Source: Callorhinchus milii (lineage: Eukaryota). From it: a stretch of 64,000 bases of DNA. Shown piece by piece: positions 1 to 14,344 of the stretch. The notes beneath the pieces were generated by a model. That model was not told the origin of the DNA and searched no databases. It saw only the letters and a list, made by a program, of their open reading frames with translations. The stretch spans positions 23,934,001 through 23,998,000 of the forward strand of contig NW_024704742.1 in assembly GCF_018977255.1 (NCBI RefSeq), read 5' to 3'. The translations under genes were made by a program, and so were the position numbers. Positions within the stretch are counted from its first letter, which is position 1. Each line of letters opens with the position of its first letter.

Positions 1-944
1 ATGAATTCATATCTACATAGATGATCCATTCACAACCCAAGGCCACAGCTGAACCTTCGGATCAAGATCTCATTGTTATATCTGAGGAGAAGGCAACAAT
101 GAGGAACACGAATTTAACGCCTCAATTTACATGCAAATCCAATTACCCTTTATTGGTGAGTTTCAGCTGGAAAAGGGCTGCTTTCTGGTTTCAAAATGTA
201 ATAATTATTATTATTATTATCATCCTGCAGAAAGCAGACAGGTCCTGTGAATTCCAAAACTCCAGAGGCTGAAATGTCTCATTGTCTTAGCCTTAAAACT
301 ATCATCTGAAAATTTAAGTTGGAACTAGTTTTTCACAGTTCTTTAGTGCCTAGGTAGTTCAGCCAGAGCAGCAGCTGGGTGCTAAATTAATCTAAAGACC
401 ACAGGGTTTGTGGAGATAAAAAATCAACCACTTATGATCAGTATCCAGAAATAGTGCACAGGTGTGGATGTTGGATAAAGGCAGGATCAGGCTTGCGTGT
501 GACGCCCCTCAATCAAATATTCTGCCGATACCACTGTCAATCTCAAACAACAAAAGCTTGCATTTGTATTGCGCCCTTCAGCTTGGTGAACGTCTCAGAG
601 CGTTTCACAGTGATGGGATTCGAGGTAGGCTATGAAGGAGGGTAAGGTGTAAAGTGACCAAAAGTGTTGTCGAAGAGGTAGATTTTAATGTGGGAACAGA
701 GACAGAGAGTTCCAGAGGCTGAATGATTAAATGATATGTGCTTGGGAGAGGTACTGGAGGTTCTATGGACCAATAATACAGTGGAAAAGAACAGAGTCAA
801 ACAACTTCAGGAGAGGGGAAAATTGGTGAGGGAGTGATTCAAATATAAAAGCATTGTTAACGGGCAAAGTGTTCTCCAAAGTGTTATATTTTATATAGTG
901 CCTTTCACGTCGCATGGTCATCTCAAACCATTTCACAGAATATA

Positions 945-1293
945 ATCTTTGAGACGTCTCAAGGCACTTCACAGAATCTACTGTAAAGTGTAGTGGCTGT
1001 ATACTTTGTGGGTGAAATGTGGCAGCCAATTGCGCACAGCAGTGTCCCACACACAGTCCTGCATTGAGTGACCAAATTATTATTTGTTTCTTTTATATAT
1101 TTTTTTAAAAAAGGGATTATTATCCCCAGAAAAGTGATCCGCCAATCGACTAACAACTGGGTTCCTACTTACTGCTAAATAAACAGAGGCGTGTAGAGTA
1201 AGGAAACTTGCCTAAGGTTTCGCCCTGCCAGGAATCAAACCTGGATCCTTTCGCTTGCAAGGTAAGCACTCTAACCACTATGCTACAGGACTC
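945..1293 (-). mobile_element. SINE family A (long variant) nested in a family B SINE
   Basis: Head GAGTCCTGTAGCATAGTGGTTAGAG at 1293; carries the extra internal segment; AATATA at both flanks (939-944/1297-1302). Confidence 0.8.
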
Positions 1294-1652
1294 TGAAATA
1301 TACTGTAAATTGTAGTGACTGAGTATTTTGTAGGCAAACACAGCAAACAACGTGCATTACAGCTATGTCCTACAACAGCCACATAACGAATGACCAATTT
1401 TATTGGGGGGATTGTTGGCCAAGGCGCTGGAAGAAACTCCCTTCTCTTTTTGAACAGTGCCATGGAATCTTTAACGTTCACTTGAACAGGCATACAGCAC
1501 TTCAGTTTAACATCTCATCTAAAGGACAGCACTTCCAATGCTGCAGTGTACCCCCAGCGCTGGAGAGTCAGCCTCGACAATGAATTCCAAGTTTGAACCC
1601 ACCGCTTTCTATTTCAAAGGTTAGACAGCTTCCAACTGAGCCAGGCTGACAC
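1294..1652 (-). mobile_element. Older tRNA-derived SINE (family B, DeuSINE/SacSINE1-like); its tail lies at ~888-944
   Basis: Head TGTCAGCCTGGCTCAGTTGG; body GACGTTAAAGATTCCATGGCACTGTTCAAAAAGAGAAGGGAGTTTC resembles the Deu domain. Confidence 0.75.
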
Positions 1653-2257
1653 TCCGGCAAGCTTGGTCAGTATTAGAGTTGAGTGACGAGTGTAGTTAGT
1701 ATTAAGGTCACATTTAGTATTAAGGTCGCATCAGCATTAAAGTTTGTCAGATTTGTAGACAGAGCCTTACCCAAGTAGATATGATGGGCATCAGGATAAT
1801 ACTGGTGTAACACTAATCACATCAAAGTAATAAATTGTAATGGATTCTAGTCTAACATTTCCCATCTCTGACCACGAGAAGCCAGGAAACGTGGCTCTTG
1901 GGAGATGAAATCATAAAACCGATAACCTACCATTTGAAAGCTTCATTCTGCTGAGTTTGTGGTTCTCATGATAAAGTGGTCATTACCTTTAGATTTTCTC
2001 ATTGCTCTTCGAGAAAAGTAGCTTGTAATATAATTCTGAGTGGAAAAGATTCCAGTTATGGTGTTTGTCTAAATTGATCGACCTTGTTTTATTTCCGCCT
2101 CGTTTTGGGAAATTTCTATTGCTTGATTTTTTTTGCACCAATTCCTAGCTCTTGAGGATTCCTCTGTCAGCTCTTTCCATAAAATAATCATAATCATTAC
2201 ATTTGGTACAGTATCTTTCACATCAGGAATCACATCTATTAAATCTCTTCTTAATCT

Positions 2258-2654
2258 TCTCCTTGGAGCAGAGAAGGTTAAGAGGAGACTTAATGGAAGT
2301 TTTAAAAATTCTGAGGGGATTTAAAAGGGTGAATAAGGAGAAACTATTTCCACTGGCGGGTGGGTTGGTAACCCGAGGACACTGATTTAAAATAATTGTT
2401 TCAGAAAAAGGGGAGGTGAGGAGAAATTTTTCACACAAGTTGTTCGGATCTGGAATGCATTGCCTGAAGGGTGGTGGAAGCCGATTTGATAACAACTTTT
2501 AAGAGAGAGTAGATAATTATTTGGGGAGGACAAGTTTGCAGGGCTATGGAGAGAGAGCAGGGGATTGATTTGAATAGCTCTTTTAAAAGAGCCGGCACAG
2601 ACATGATGGGCCGAATGGCCTCCTTCTGTGCAGTATAATTCTATGATTCTATGA
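2258..2654 (+). mobile_element. CR1 LINE 3' fragment
   Basis: SLEQRRLRGDLMEVLKIL; (TTCTATGA)2 tail. Confidence 0.9.
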
Positions 2655-3030
2655 GGAAGATGTCCCATAGCGCTTAACAGGATATATTGTAAAGTGCAAT
2701 CATTGTGTGTTTTGTGGGTCAACAGTCAATTTGCACATAATAATGTCACACAAACGGCCATGGAGTTAGTGACCATTATTATTTGGGGAATTGTTGGTCA
2801 GGATACCGACAGAAACTCTCTTCAAAAAGTGTCATGGAATCTTTAACGTCCTCCTGAACGGACAGACAGAACCTCAGTTTAACATCTCATATGAAGGCTG
2901 CATCTCCAGCAATGCAGCACACCCCCAGCACTGCAATGTAGTGTCATCTTAGACTATATTAGTTCCAAGTCCCAATGTGGGGCTTGAACCCACAAACTTC
3001 TGACTCAAGAGGTGAGAGCCTGGCTGACAC
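2655..3030 (-). mobile_element. SINE family B, split by a CR1 insertion (tail at ~2183-2230)
   Basis: Aligns by eye with the 1294, 7881 and 36015 copies. Confidence 0.75.
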
Positions 3031-5506
3031 AAGTGGGCCATGCTGGTCAGGTTAAGGAGCTTATATTACCATGTTGTGCAAAATGCGTTTGAAATTATTT
3101 TAAAACCTTGGTACAAGCTCTACAGATGACCTGGTGGGTTTATGTCCTGCATAACCAATAGAAATAAGTTGCACAGAAGATGGATTACTGATCTGTGCTG
3201 GTATAATTGTACAGGAGTTGTATTTCACTTTAGTATCACTGGGCTGGTGGAGGGGAATTTATTACAATACAATTGCAATAAAATTCACAATTATGAAGCG
3301 TCTTTCATTTCAGGAGATATCTCAAAGCACTTCAGAGAGCTGGATGGACACTGGAGCTGGGGGCTGGAGCTAATGGGGTGGGTGCAGAGGAGAAAGATGA
3401 TTGAAATCATGGTCAAAGACGTATGATTTGAGACATACCTTGAAAGAAGGGAAGGTGCGAGTCAGAGAGACTCCGGGAGTTCCAGAGAGCGGGGGTTGAA
3501 CAGCTGAAAGTCCTCCTGTCGATGGTGAGGCGGACAGGGTGGGAGACATGGAACAGGAGACATAGTAAGACATTCAAGTGTTATTATTAGTGGTCTTTAT
3601 TGGCAAGTGTGTGTGTGTGGATGTCTGGTGAGAGCGGTATTGGACTGGAGTGTGTTGCTCCCTGTGGTTACATAGCTTCCTAACACTCGCTGACTGGGCT
3701 CACACAGGAGGAATATCTATTGCTGAGGTATCAGATGAAAGCCAGCATCCAATCTAGCCCAGCATGAGTCAGAGAGTTGCGGGTGGAAATGAAGAGGATA
3801 AAGTAATTCCGTTTGAAAGCTCAGATATTCAGTTAAACATTTTTGGAGCTGAATACTTGATACAGTCTGGAATGAATGCCAGATCCTCTAAGAAGGTATG
3901 GGTTGGTGAAAGGAAAATGAGAAAGTTGCATAAAAGTGTGACACTGTAGTTCCTGGGTAAGACAAACAGGAATAAAAGTGGATCAATCTAAGCATGAACA
4001 TACAGTTTATATTTTACTAGCATACATTATTCTATTTATTCATAAGAGTATAACAAAGCATGAAAAGAGAACAGTTCGTCCATTCTACAGCCATGGAAAA
4101 CACTATCACAGAGTTCAACAACAACAAATTGCATTTATGTAGAACCTTTCACGTCGGAAGGACATCCCAAATCGCCACCCAGACTTGGACTGCGTTTCGC
4201 CACATGTATCAATACTTATGAAACCCAGGAATAGCAATCATACATCTCAGAATATTCACTTACCCACCAGTCCCCCGCCCCTACCCCCACCCACATCTCC
4301 AACATACAACTTTGCCCCGTCCACTCTAGACACAGCAGTAACAAATATTTGTTCGAAAATCTTTTAAATTATTTCACATATATTTTTAGCTTACATTTGC
4401 TTTTTGTATAAGCTGTTTGCATGACAGTAATTTTTTAAATGGCTCGAAAACTCTGGCATTAAAAGTACATTTTCAGCATTTTGACATGCTGTTTGAGTGA
4501 CAGCCTTTTATTACTGATTGATATCAGAATTTCTTCACATTGCTGCAATAATAATATATTTAAAAACACATACTGTTTTAGTTTTTGCAAGAGAACAGCA
4601 AAACATATCCAACATAGCAATGCCAATAATTACTGCGTGTATGGCTGTAAGTGGATAGGACCAAGGACCTGTTTTCTCCCTTCAATCCTGATCAATCTGA
4701 GCATAAATGATGTTTCAATCATGGTCATTGTAGCAAACTCACAAGAGTATTTCCATTGAGAACAATAGTCAATAAAGCTTGGGATTGATATTCGGAAGCA
4801 CCATGGCTCTCTTGCTGCCTGGTTCCTTTTCTGCAGCTGTTTCATGTATTCATTTCACGACATTCAACCAGCATAGGTCAAAGGAATGCACACTTCATTT
4901 ACATAGGAGGGCTGAGAGGAAACTTGATACTAGAGGCTTTTATCTTGGGGGCAATACTGACTTACTGTTTGAGATTAAACCACGGATCTCGATTCTTTCC
5001 TTTTCCATCATTAAAATTGTAAACATACCAATGTGATAACACGACAGTACATCCAGTCAATAGCATGACAGCAACACTGTACAGCAAAATATTACAAGTG
5101 ATAATTATGCAAATAGCAATCATCATAACATTAGGATTAAAACACTGACACAGGTGAAGCTAAGGTCACCGCATGAATATAATCAGTAGCAACTAGGATC
5201 AGCTCGAAACAGGCAAGAACCATAATAAGTAAGGGTGAAGCGATTTGCCATGTCTGTTTGCTAAATAGCTGAAAGCTCCAGTCAAATGCAATGGTCATCA
5301 AGATTGTAGAACCCCTGTCAGATTATAAGTGCAAGAGTGCAGAATGGGAGACCGCTCTCTGCAAACATTTGGATAAAGGACAAACAGAGCGAGGATGTGG
5401 CAACCAATTCTCCAATTACCACTGAGCAGTGTATGCTAGCATCTGCCCACTCGTACCAGTGGAGAATGAACAGGGAGCACAAATACCATAGATTGTTGCA
5501 CAACCT

Positions 5507-5820
5507 GTGGAGTCCTGTAGCTCAGTGGTTAGAGCACTCGCTTTGCAAGTGAGAGACCCGAGTTCAATTCCAGGCACCTTGGGCAAGTTTCCTTACTCCA
5601 CACAGAGCCTAATAATAATCCCTCCAAAAAAAAAAATAATAAATTGGTCATTTTTCAATCGACGACTGTCTGTGGGACATTGCTGTGCGCAATTGGCTGC
5701 CGCGTTCGCCCACAAATATACAGTCAATTCACTTTACAGTGTGTTCTGTGAAGCGCTTTGGGACATCCTCCCGACGTGAAAAGCGCTATATCAAATGCAA
5801 GGATTATTAGTATTATTATA
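5507..5820 (+). mobile_element. Young tRNA-derived SINE (family A, short variant), near full length
   Basis: Head GGAGTCCTGTAGCTCAGTGGTTAGAGC (A box) and GAGTTCAATTCC (B box); L2-type tail GTGAAAAGCGCTATATCAAATGCAAGG(ATT)n; possible TSD AACCT (5502-5506/5820-5824); near-identical to copies at 10743 and 28320. Confidence 0.9.
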
Positions 5821-7880
5821 ACCTCCTCTCCTATTCCTCCAACAATTCTCCCAGCATCTATTTATATAATAATAAATAACAATAATGTGACCCGATAGTG
5901 CAAGTGGCAATTAGAATCCAATTCACCAGCTGATGTGAAGTTGCTGTTGCTTTTTTAAATTTGACAGCTTCTTATAGGCACTAGATAAGTGCAGGAGAGG
6001 GAGAACCCCTTATGAGCATTCCTCCCACAAAATACAGTTAATTCACTTTACAGTATATTCTATGAAGCACTTTCAGACATCTCGTGATAAGGTGCTATAG
6101 CAAACGCAAGGATCATTATTATTATAACCTGAGCACAGAGCTACGTGACTGCGATGGGCTCATCACCCATCCTCTGGAAGGGATAGCACCAGTCACAGAG
6201 CCTCAACTTCACACAAACAGATGTTCATCATAATGCTTGCATTTTATATAGCACCTTTCACATCACAAAAAACATCTCAAAGCGCTTCACAGGATTTAAG
6301 TGTATTGATGGGTATTTTATTGGCAATTGTGGCAACCAATTTGTGCACAGCAATGTTCCATTAATAACTATGAAGTGAATAACCAATTTTATCTGGGAGA
6401 TTTTTCACCAGGACACCAGGAGAAATTCCCTTTACTTTTCAAATAATGCCATGGGATCTTTAGTGTCCACCCAAATGACTGTTAGAAGCAGTGAGTCTTG
6501 TTTGCACCCCTTCCAGTCTGTTAAATGTAATGAGCCTGGTCTGCCTCTTTAAGGCAGCTGCTGCTTTTCTCTGTGCCCCTAACCTCTCTGCCTCTATCCC
6601 TCTGCCTCACACTCGCTCTATCTCTTTTTAAATCCCACCTTAAAACTCACAGCTTTGACATCATCTGTGGTCACCTCCTCCTCCTCCCTCAGTAGCCGAC
6701 CCTACAACTGTAAAGTGTTCCGAGGTGTTATCCTAAGACCAGTTAAGGTTATATAAGAGCAAGTTGGTGTAGTTGTGTCAACAAACTGCTTGGCTCATAA
6801 ACCAAGCCCGTCTCTGTGCGTGTTCAGTGTCTGTCTTGTCCATTACCCTCGAGGTTACAAAAGGAAACAGAGAGAAACCACATCAGCAGTAATGTTTCAC
6901 AGTAGTGGGCATAAAAAGAGTTAAAGGTATTATGTAGTAATCAGGGCACCAGCCCAGAAGCCTTGATGTAGAGCCTCCACTTGTCTTAGTGTTTTGAACT
7001 CAAGATCCCTAAGGTGAGACTTGTAATCTTCTCCTTAATGATTTTTGATTAATAATCAAGCGCTCTGAATCACTACACCACATGAAGGGTGCTATAAAAT
7101 TGCAATTGTTGATTGTTAATCAAATAAATTCAACTCCTATAAAAAATGTCCAATAAAAATACTACAATTAAAAGGGAGGATAAACCCTCCTGTTTATGTT
7201 GTCAACGTGCTGTGCCCACCAAAGCCTCCTGTCTGCGAACAGACCCATTCAGCTGAGAGGATGCAGCATTGTAACCGAAAGAGACAGGAATGCCAGATTC
7301 TCACAAGATCAGGAAGGCAAGTCTCCATCGCCGGAGGATGACACAGGGGCAAATGCTCAGGGATCTGAGCTTTACAGGACATGAAGAGGGTTTGTTTACA
7401 CAGTTAACCATAGTTCACAATCAAATGTAACAAATCTTTCCGGAGAAAAGGAAGGATCAGAGGCTACAGATTCAAAGAACTCTGCTTCCCTCACTGTGGT
7501 TTTCTCAACCTTGAAACCAAACCCAGGGCGGGGGCGGGGAGGGGGGAACTTGGCAAAGGCATCTTTAGAGAAACTTAAGTCCTTAATCCTCCACCTCCTC
7601 TGCTTTGCAAGATGGAAGGTGGATTAGACATCATAACAATTGAATAATAAAAACTTATTCCTGCCACACAGCTAGATCCTGTCAACCCAAACAGCACCTG
7701 AGGACATTAAGATTCAGCTGTCTGCAGTTTTATGAGATGCAAACATTCCCTAAACAGAAGACAACCTGTGAATCACAATATTTCCTTGTTCACCTCTGTG
7801 CTGAGATTACAGAATGAATATGGTACCAAATCCTCAGGCAATGCGCCTGCAATCCACAGATAAACTGGTCTGCGACCCTG

Positions 7881-8320
7881 TAATATAATAATAATTCTTG
7901 CATTTGGTATAACGCCTTTCACGTTGGGAAGACAGCCCAAAGCGCTTCACAGGATTTACTGTGAAGTGGAGAGAGTGTGTATTTATTGGTGAATATGCCC
8001 GCTAATTTGCGCACAGCAATGTCCCAGAAACAGCCATAAAGTGAGTGACCAATTTCTTTTTTATTTTGAAGAATTGTTGGCCAGGATACCAGGAGAAACT
8101 CCCTTCTCTTTTTGAATCGTGCCATGGGATCTTTAACATCCACTTGAACAGGCAGAGGGGACCTCAGTTTAACATCTCATCCGAAGGACAGCACCTTTGA
8201 CAATGGCAACACACCTCAGCATTGGAGTGTCAGCTTAGAATATATGAGTTCAAGTCCCGATGTGGAGCTTGAACCCACAACCTTCTGTCTCTGGAGGTGA
8301 GGGTGTTACACAAATGACAC
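7881..8320 (-). mobile_element. SINE family B, near full length
   Basis: GGTTGTGGGTTCAAGCTCCAC B-box region, Deu-like body, L2-type tail. Confidence 0.8.
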
Positions 8321-10742
8321 ACAAATGGTAATTTGCCAAATGTATTGGGATGAACAATAAGCATTGTATCACGTACGCCTCATAAGAGTTTTAGGTACGC
8401 AAAACCTGCCATCTGGTCACATGAGGAACAAACTGGGTGGGAAGAAAAATATTTTCTCATAAACAATCCTGTACACAGACAGGGCAAAGAATTTGTGCAT
8501 CACTCTCAGCAGGTTTGAGTGGGCGAGTAGTTGATTGACGATGAAAGGGAAAATGCCATTAGTGCCTGAAGAGAACTGATGTATGTGGTAGCTGACCTCC
8601 AAACCACTAATGTCAGGAATGGAGCTAAACCATATATAGGGCTAACTTTATCTCCCTAAGTAGAGGAAATAACCTGAGATTAATACAATTTGTTCAGAGC
8701 ATCGTATTAGGAATAAAGGTTTTAAATTCTATAGATACATGAAGTTGTTTTCAACTGAAATCAAAACGTAATTATCAACAACAACAGTGAAAGACTTGAT
8801 CTGCATCTAGGGGGCTACCAAAGGTTCCTCAATACGTCCCCAGGGTGATGTGCTGAACCAGATTATCAGTCAACTAAATGCCTATGATAAACTGGCCTAG
8901 AGAGGGTACACTTGACCCTCATCATCAGGGTGCTTTTTAATACAGTTGTAAGATGACAACAGGAATATCCTTTAGGAAGTTCAATGTGAAGAGTCCTTCC
9001 TTTAAGAGGGGTTATCATTTCCTCCTTCAGGTTAAGGAATAAATCCAGAATCCTAAATATGGTTGGCATTGCTGCAGCAATTACTGCAGCACTAAGTACA
9101 GAGATCTCTTACAGAATACTGTGGGGAATGCATCCAACTTTCCTGCACTACGTTACTCATATTGGCCCAGCATCACTTCACGGGAGCTCTCAAGGACTAT
9201 ATGAACTGGCTGAAAGCCCATTTGAGCTTAGAAGCCAAGCTGACTTTAAAGCAGACTGGGTTACACAATCCCTTTTCTTGTCCCTCTCACAGTCTTGTGT
9301 TAACAGATTAGACCAACAGTATTTCTTCCAGTTTAGCCTTTACCTGGGATGCCTTCTTTTTCATAGAGGCAATTATATTGACACATAGGAACATTGTGTG
9401 ATCAGAAACTCATTTGTGCTGTGTGGAAAACATTTAATGCTTATTCGCTGAATGTATTTTTACATTTATATGCAAACAACAAAATTCATGCCCACAGTCA
9501 AATTCCCCTTTTTGCCATTTGTGGAGGGAAAAGAGATTCTACCTAGAAAAAAAGAACTTGTATTTTTACAGTTTCTGTAATAATAATAATCCTTGCATTT
9601 GTTATAGTGCTTTATCATGCCATTGAGATCAACTTTAAATGAATTAAATTGAAGCGCCTCCACCCATTTCACGGGTTATTACTGTTAAGTATAGTACCTG
9701 TATTTCTAGATAGACAACTCGTTGAGGGATTTTAGAACAGTTCAAAGCCTTGATTATCTATGCTGAAACTTAGTTACGCAAACACAAGGATTGGAATCAG
9801 ACATACCCTTAGCCTACGGAGGCCCACACCCTCCTCGTCCTGATCCCCACACTCAATCGTCTATCTGAACCCTGACAAAATTGTTGTTTTCTCCCACAGG
9901 CGAGAGACCATGTGTTAAAGCTGTTGATGCAATTAACAGCGGAACTGATTAGCTGTACATTTCCAATGCTAGGAATGTTATACATAGCATAATGAATAGG
10001 CAGGAAGTCAGGAACACAATTGAAAGCTTCAGCAGACATCATAAACCTCAAGAGGTTCCAGCGGCTCTCTTACAAAAACTATAAATTTAACTATATTAGA
10101 ATTTTGACAGATGAATAGCATACAAAAAATGTTTACATGCTAAGCACTTGGGGGATCTTGGGCAGTGTGCTCAGTTCTTACGACCGTGATGTAGTCTTCA
10201 CACCAACAACATAGAGAAACAACCGACTATGATAACATAACTGCAGCAAACACTGAAAACAATGGGCTTCAAATGCAGATTGAAATTCACTTAGCCCCTG
10301 CTTGCTTGCTGGACAAACAGGAACTTTGTGTTGTGACTAGCAGTGTGAGAGTTAACCTCCCACTGAACTGCTTCTGTGGCGCTGATGCCTTGGATGAAAA
10401 AGAAGCGGAGGAAAGAGAAAACCGACTGTGAAATAAAACATAGCTTTTATAGGATAGTATTAAAACTGCCTTCTTCACTCATGCAGGCATATGTGATCCA
10501 GACACATTGCCTAGATCACCCTGCATGCGTTCAGTCCAGCCACATGAAGTGACCTAGCTCAGTCAGAATAATTGCTGCTTCCTACCTATACCAGAATGAA
10601 GACGCTAAATCAGTCTGTGTGAGAGTCACGCTCACCTCTCATAAGTCTGTTCTCTCATCCTTGATTACGTCAAACACAGCCCACTCTCCATTTTATGCAT
10701 CTTACACGCTGGTGACAGTTGATTACGGACAGCAATGTACAT

Positions 10743-11004
10743 TTCAATTTCCAGGCAGGGCGAAACCTTGGGCAAGTTTCCTTACTCCACACAGAGCCTA
10801 ATAATAATCCCTCCAAAACAAAAAACAATAATAAATTGGTCATTTTCAATCTACGACTGTTTGTGGGACATTGCTGTGCGCAATTGGCTGTGGCGTTCGC
10901 CCACAAATATACAGTCAATTCACTTTACAGTCTATTCTGTGAAGCGCTTTGGGACATCCTCCCGACGTGCTATATCAAATGCAAGGATTATTATTATTAT
11001 TATT
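10743..11004 (+). mobile_element. SINE family A, 5'-truncated young copy
   Basis: Near-identical to 5566-5820; (ATT)n tail. Confidence 0.9.
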
Positions 11005-14000
11005 AGTAAAGGTCCCGATGTTTGAAGCAAAACCAAATAAAATTACCCATTTAGCAGAGTGACATTAAGGATTTTTTTAATTATTATTTATTTGTTTTCT
11101 GCAAATAAAGCAGAGTGACCTTTTTCCACTGTGCATTTTATTTCATCCTGCATCAAGGCTGTTTCTTTCTGCGTTAAACTAAAACCACATCTAAAGGCTA
11201 TAGTTAGCATAAAACCTTCTGGTTGCCATGGATGCAATCCACCAGACAGGGCTGCTCAGTATTCTCTCTACTCAAGAGGTTTTGCCTTATTTAAGTGGTT
11301 CGGAATTTTGTGGTGCGATCCAGATTTTGTTGTCAGGCGGTGGGGGTGGAATGGTTGCGTTTAACAAAAGGTGGACTGAGGTATATATGAATCACCAGTG
11401 TTTTGCACAGTGTTGGAAACCTTGGATCTAAACATGATGATGAAAACCAAAAGGGGAGCAGTTGATTGCATTATGCGCCCGAGCCAAGTTCACAGAGGAG
11501 CTGAGCACAAACAACGACATGTGGGCACTGTCTCCTGTTCCATGCTGTTATTTTTATCTGGTTTCCTATGCAGACTGATTGTTTCAGATAGCTGCATTAC
11601 ACCGCCACGAACAATGGACAAGCCTGCTCTTTATAAACAGGAAATATTGTCAAAACAAATGCAACACAGTGTTGGCCGCAACACAGCAGTGTTGTTCCTT
11701 TCAATACTAACCTCCTTTTTCGTGCTTCAAGAGTTCATTGTTCACTTTCTGGTATTTGTTATAGCATGGGAGGTTTAAATTGCTGTTTGCACGAGCTACT
11801 TACTTTCAATCCATGTGTGGATTTTTTTAAAAATACATTTGTATTTATAAAGTGGAAAATAGTTAATCTTTCCCCACCCCTTCTCATCGAACAATCCATT
11901 CCCATTGTCACAGTAATAATAATACTTTTGATATAGCACCTCAGCACTTGAAATATCTCAAAGCTTGTTGGATTACTTTGAAGTTCAGTGGCGGTTGATA
12001 CGCAGGCAAATGCAGCAGCTAATCTACCCCAGCAACATACTGCAGCAATGAGATGAATGAAAAATTAATCTGGCTTCTTGAGAAGATGCCTGGGAGCTTG
12101 CCGGGTGCTGGTTGCTCCAGTGCTTCAAAATAGGGAAAATCTCTTGGATTTTCCTGGAAAATCTCCAGCTTTGGAACATTCCACCTCCAAAACATAGATG
12201 GTATAAAAATGTCAAATGTTGTTAACTGTGATGTGGGCCTAATTAACAATCTTTCTTAAGGGGAGAAATTCCGTGTTGTGCAAATGGCAATTACTTTTAA
12301 TAATCATAAACACATCACGTCAATATACAGGAACTCTTTTGATGTGATCAGCCAGCTGTCTGACACCCAAGGCCATGCTTAAGAGTATCCAAACCAAACT
12401 ACTAAGAGTTCCATTTATGTATGGAAATTTCCCCTTGCACTCTCTCCTTGAAGGGACGTATTCTGCTCACCTAATTCTGGAAAGTATTAGGCACAGACTG
12501 GCAAGAGACAAGGCTTGGGGACCCCAGAGTACGTATTGATATGCTAAATCATTTAACAAGCAATCCTGTTAAAAATACTGCAGTGTTAAGGCTATTTCTG
12601 GGATGACATGCCAGGCTTCACAGCTTGTAAAGTCTGCCCTTCATGTATACAGTCAAGGTGTCTTTGTGCCCATCGACTGAGTTTTCAATAAAGACTCAAA
12701 TGTTTTTTCTGATAAAAAAAAGCATCACAATAGGGGGGTCTAGTGAAGAACCAAACCAAACCAACTGGTTGGGATTTTAAGCTAAAGAGGGAAATGTACA
12801 TTTGGCTGCCTAGTTTTGCACACAAAACACAGTCAATCCACTTTACAATATATTACATGAAGCGCTTTGTTGCATCTCAACAATGTGATAAGGCGCTATA
12901 TGAATTGTAAAGACTATTATCATTATCATTTAGTTGGCTCCTTTGCCGGTCTTTGGTGTAGATTAGAGGAGGGTGGAATGAGCCTGCTTTCTGGTACCTA
13001 CCGAAAGTCACTTACAGAGAGTGTTTGAAGAAGCCCAGGAGTCCATTGCGGCTGTTTTATTGGCTGTCAACAATGTCTTTAAAAATAGGTTTCATATAGT
13101 CTACATGAAATAACAGGAATTTATCAAGTAAGCAGAAAAAAGATCTATAAAACATGTGTCATATTTACAATCCATTTACAGGTTTCAACCAGTGTACTGT
13201 ATCATCATATGCTGAAATTCTTGAGCAGTGGCTCTCAAGAAATATTGAACCCTTTTGTAAAAAGTTCAAGATTGGTTTCCAGGTAGGATTCATTCGCATT
13301 TCTTTCAGTAACAAAATCGGCAACATTCCACACAGGTAAAATTCCAGATAAAGTGAAGTACTTGGCCAGAAATTTTCAATTTATCAACCTGTCCATCTGT
13401 ATTTCAACTTAACCATCACTGTGCACAAAGTGGTTGACACATTTGCCTGCAAGATACACAGTCACCACAACAGTTCGTATTTATATAACGCCCTTCACGT
13501 AGGATAGCGTCTCGGAGCACACGGTACAGTAAATCTTGTGAGGCACTTTGGGATGTCGTATTGACGTGAAAGGCGCTATAACAAATGCAAGGATTATAAT
13601 TATTGTTATCTGCATCAATTTCTGGATGCTTGTTCTGAGTTTAAGCTGTTTTTCAATGTGTGATGACAGGAGCGGTTTTAGTGTGGAAGAAGAGAAATGA
13701 GAAGCAGATTTGGCTAGCAACATTTTGGAGAAACACAGAGCTTGTATTTTCATTGCACCTTATCGCATTGAAATGTTTCAAAACGCTTCACAGGTAATCA
13801 TAGTCAAACATAGTTACTGCTTTTTATAGGCAAGCACCTAAGTCATATATGTGCAGGGAGGTCCCAAAACAGCAATGAGGTTCCTAGTAATGTGGAGAAT
13901 TGCTGGCTAGAAGACAGCAGAGAAACTCTCTCCTCTTTTCAAATAGTGTTGTGAGCTTATTAACATCCACCTGACACAGGAGCAATGGGAAGTCATTTTG

Positions 14001-14344
14001 CATTTGGCTGCTTCCCAAAAGAGCAACCAACAATTATGTGAGAAAAAGGCAGTTCAGTATACTCCAGTGTTCTTACTACAACTTTTTTCTGAACCATCAA
14101 AACCCTTTAATGCTTACTGAAGTGAATGGTGAAAGCTGGAGCCCTCATATATCTGTCTCCCATTCAGCTGTATTGCAGCCTTGCAGTGTCAAATTCATCA
14201 CAGAAATCTCTCTCCACATTTAACCCACTTCATTGCCCATTGGCCACCCCATGGAGAAGTGCCTCGTGTCCTTGATCTCCTGTTCTTTGATAAATCACTG
14301 AATTGAATTCACTAAAAACAAAGCAGAAAATCACTAAATAAATA

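Noticed and set aside
5509..5576. tRNA-Ala(TGC)-like gene (also at 22604, 28633, 31390)
   Set aside because: Acceptor stem does not pair and the sequence continues into a SINE body; it is a SINE head
9059..9388. 109-aa ORF in unique sequence
   Set aside because: No recognisable domain or exon structure; length is within chance expectation
10670..11025. Recurring small ORFs with GHCCAQLAA / IKCKDYYYY motifs suggesting a peptide family
   Set aside because: Translations of the same SINE body in multiple copies
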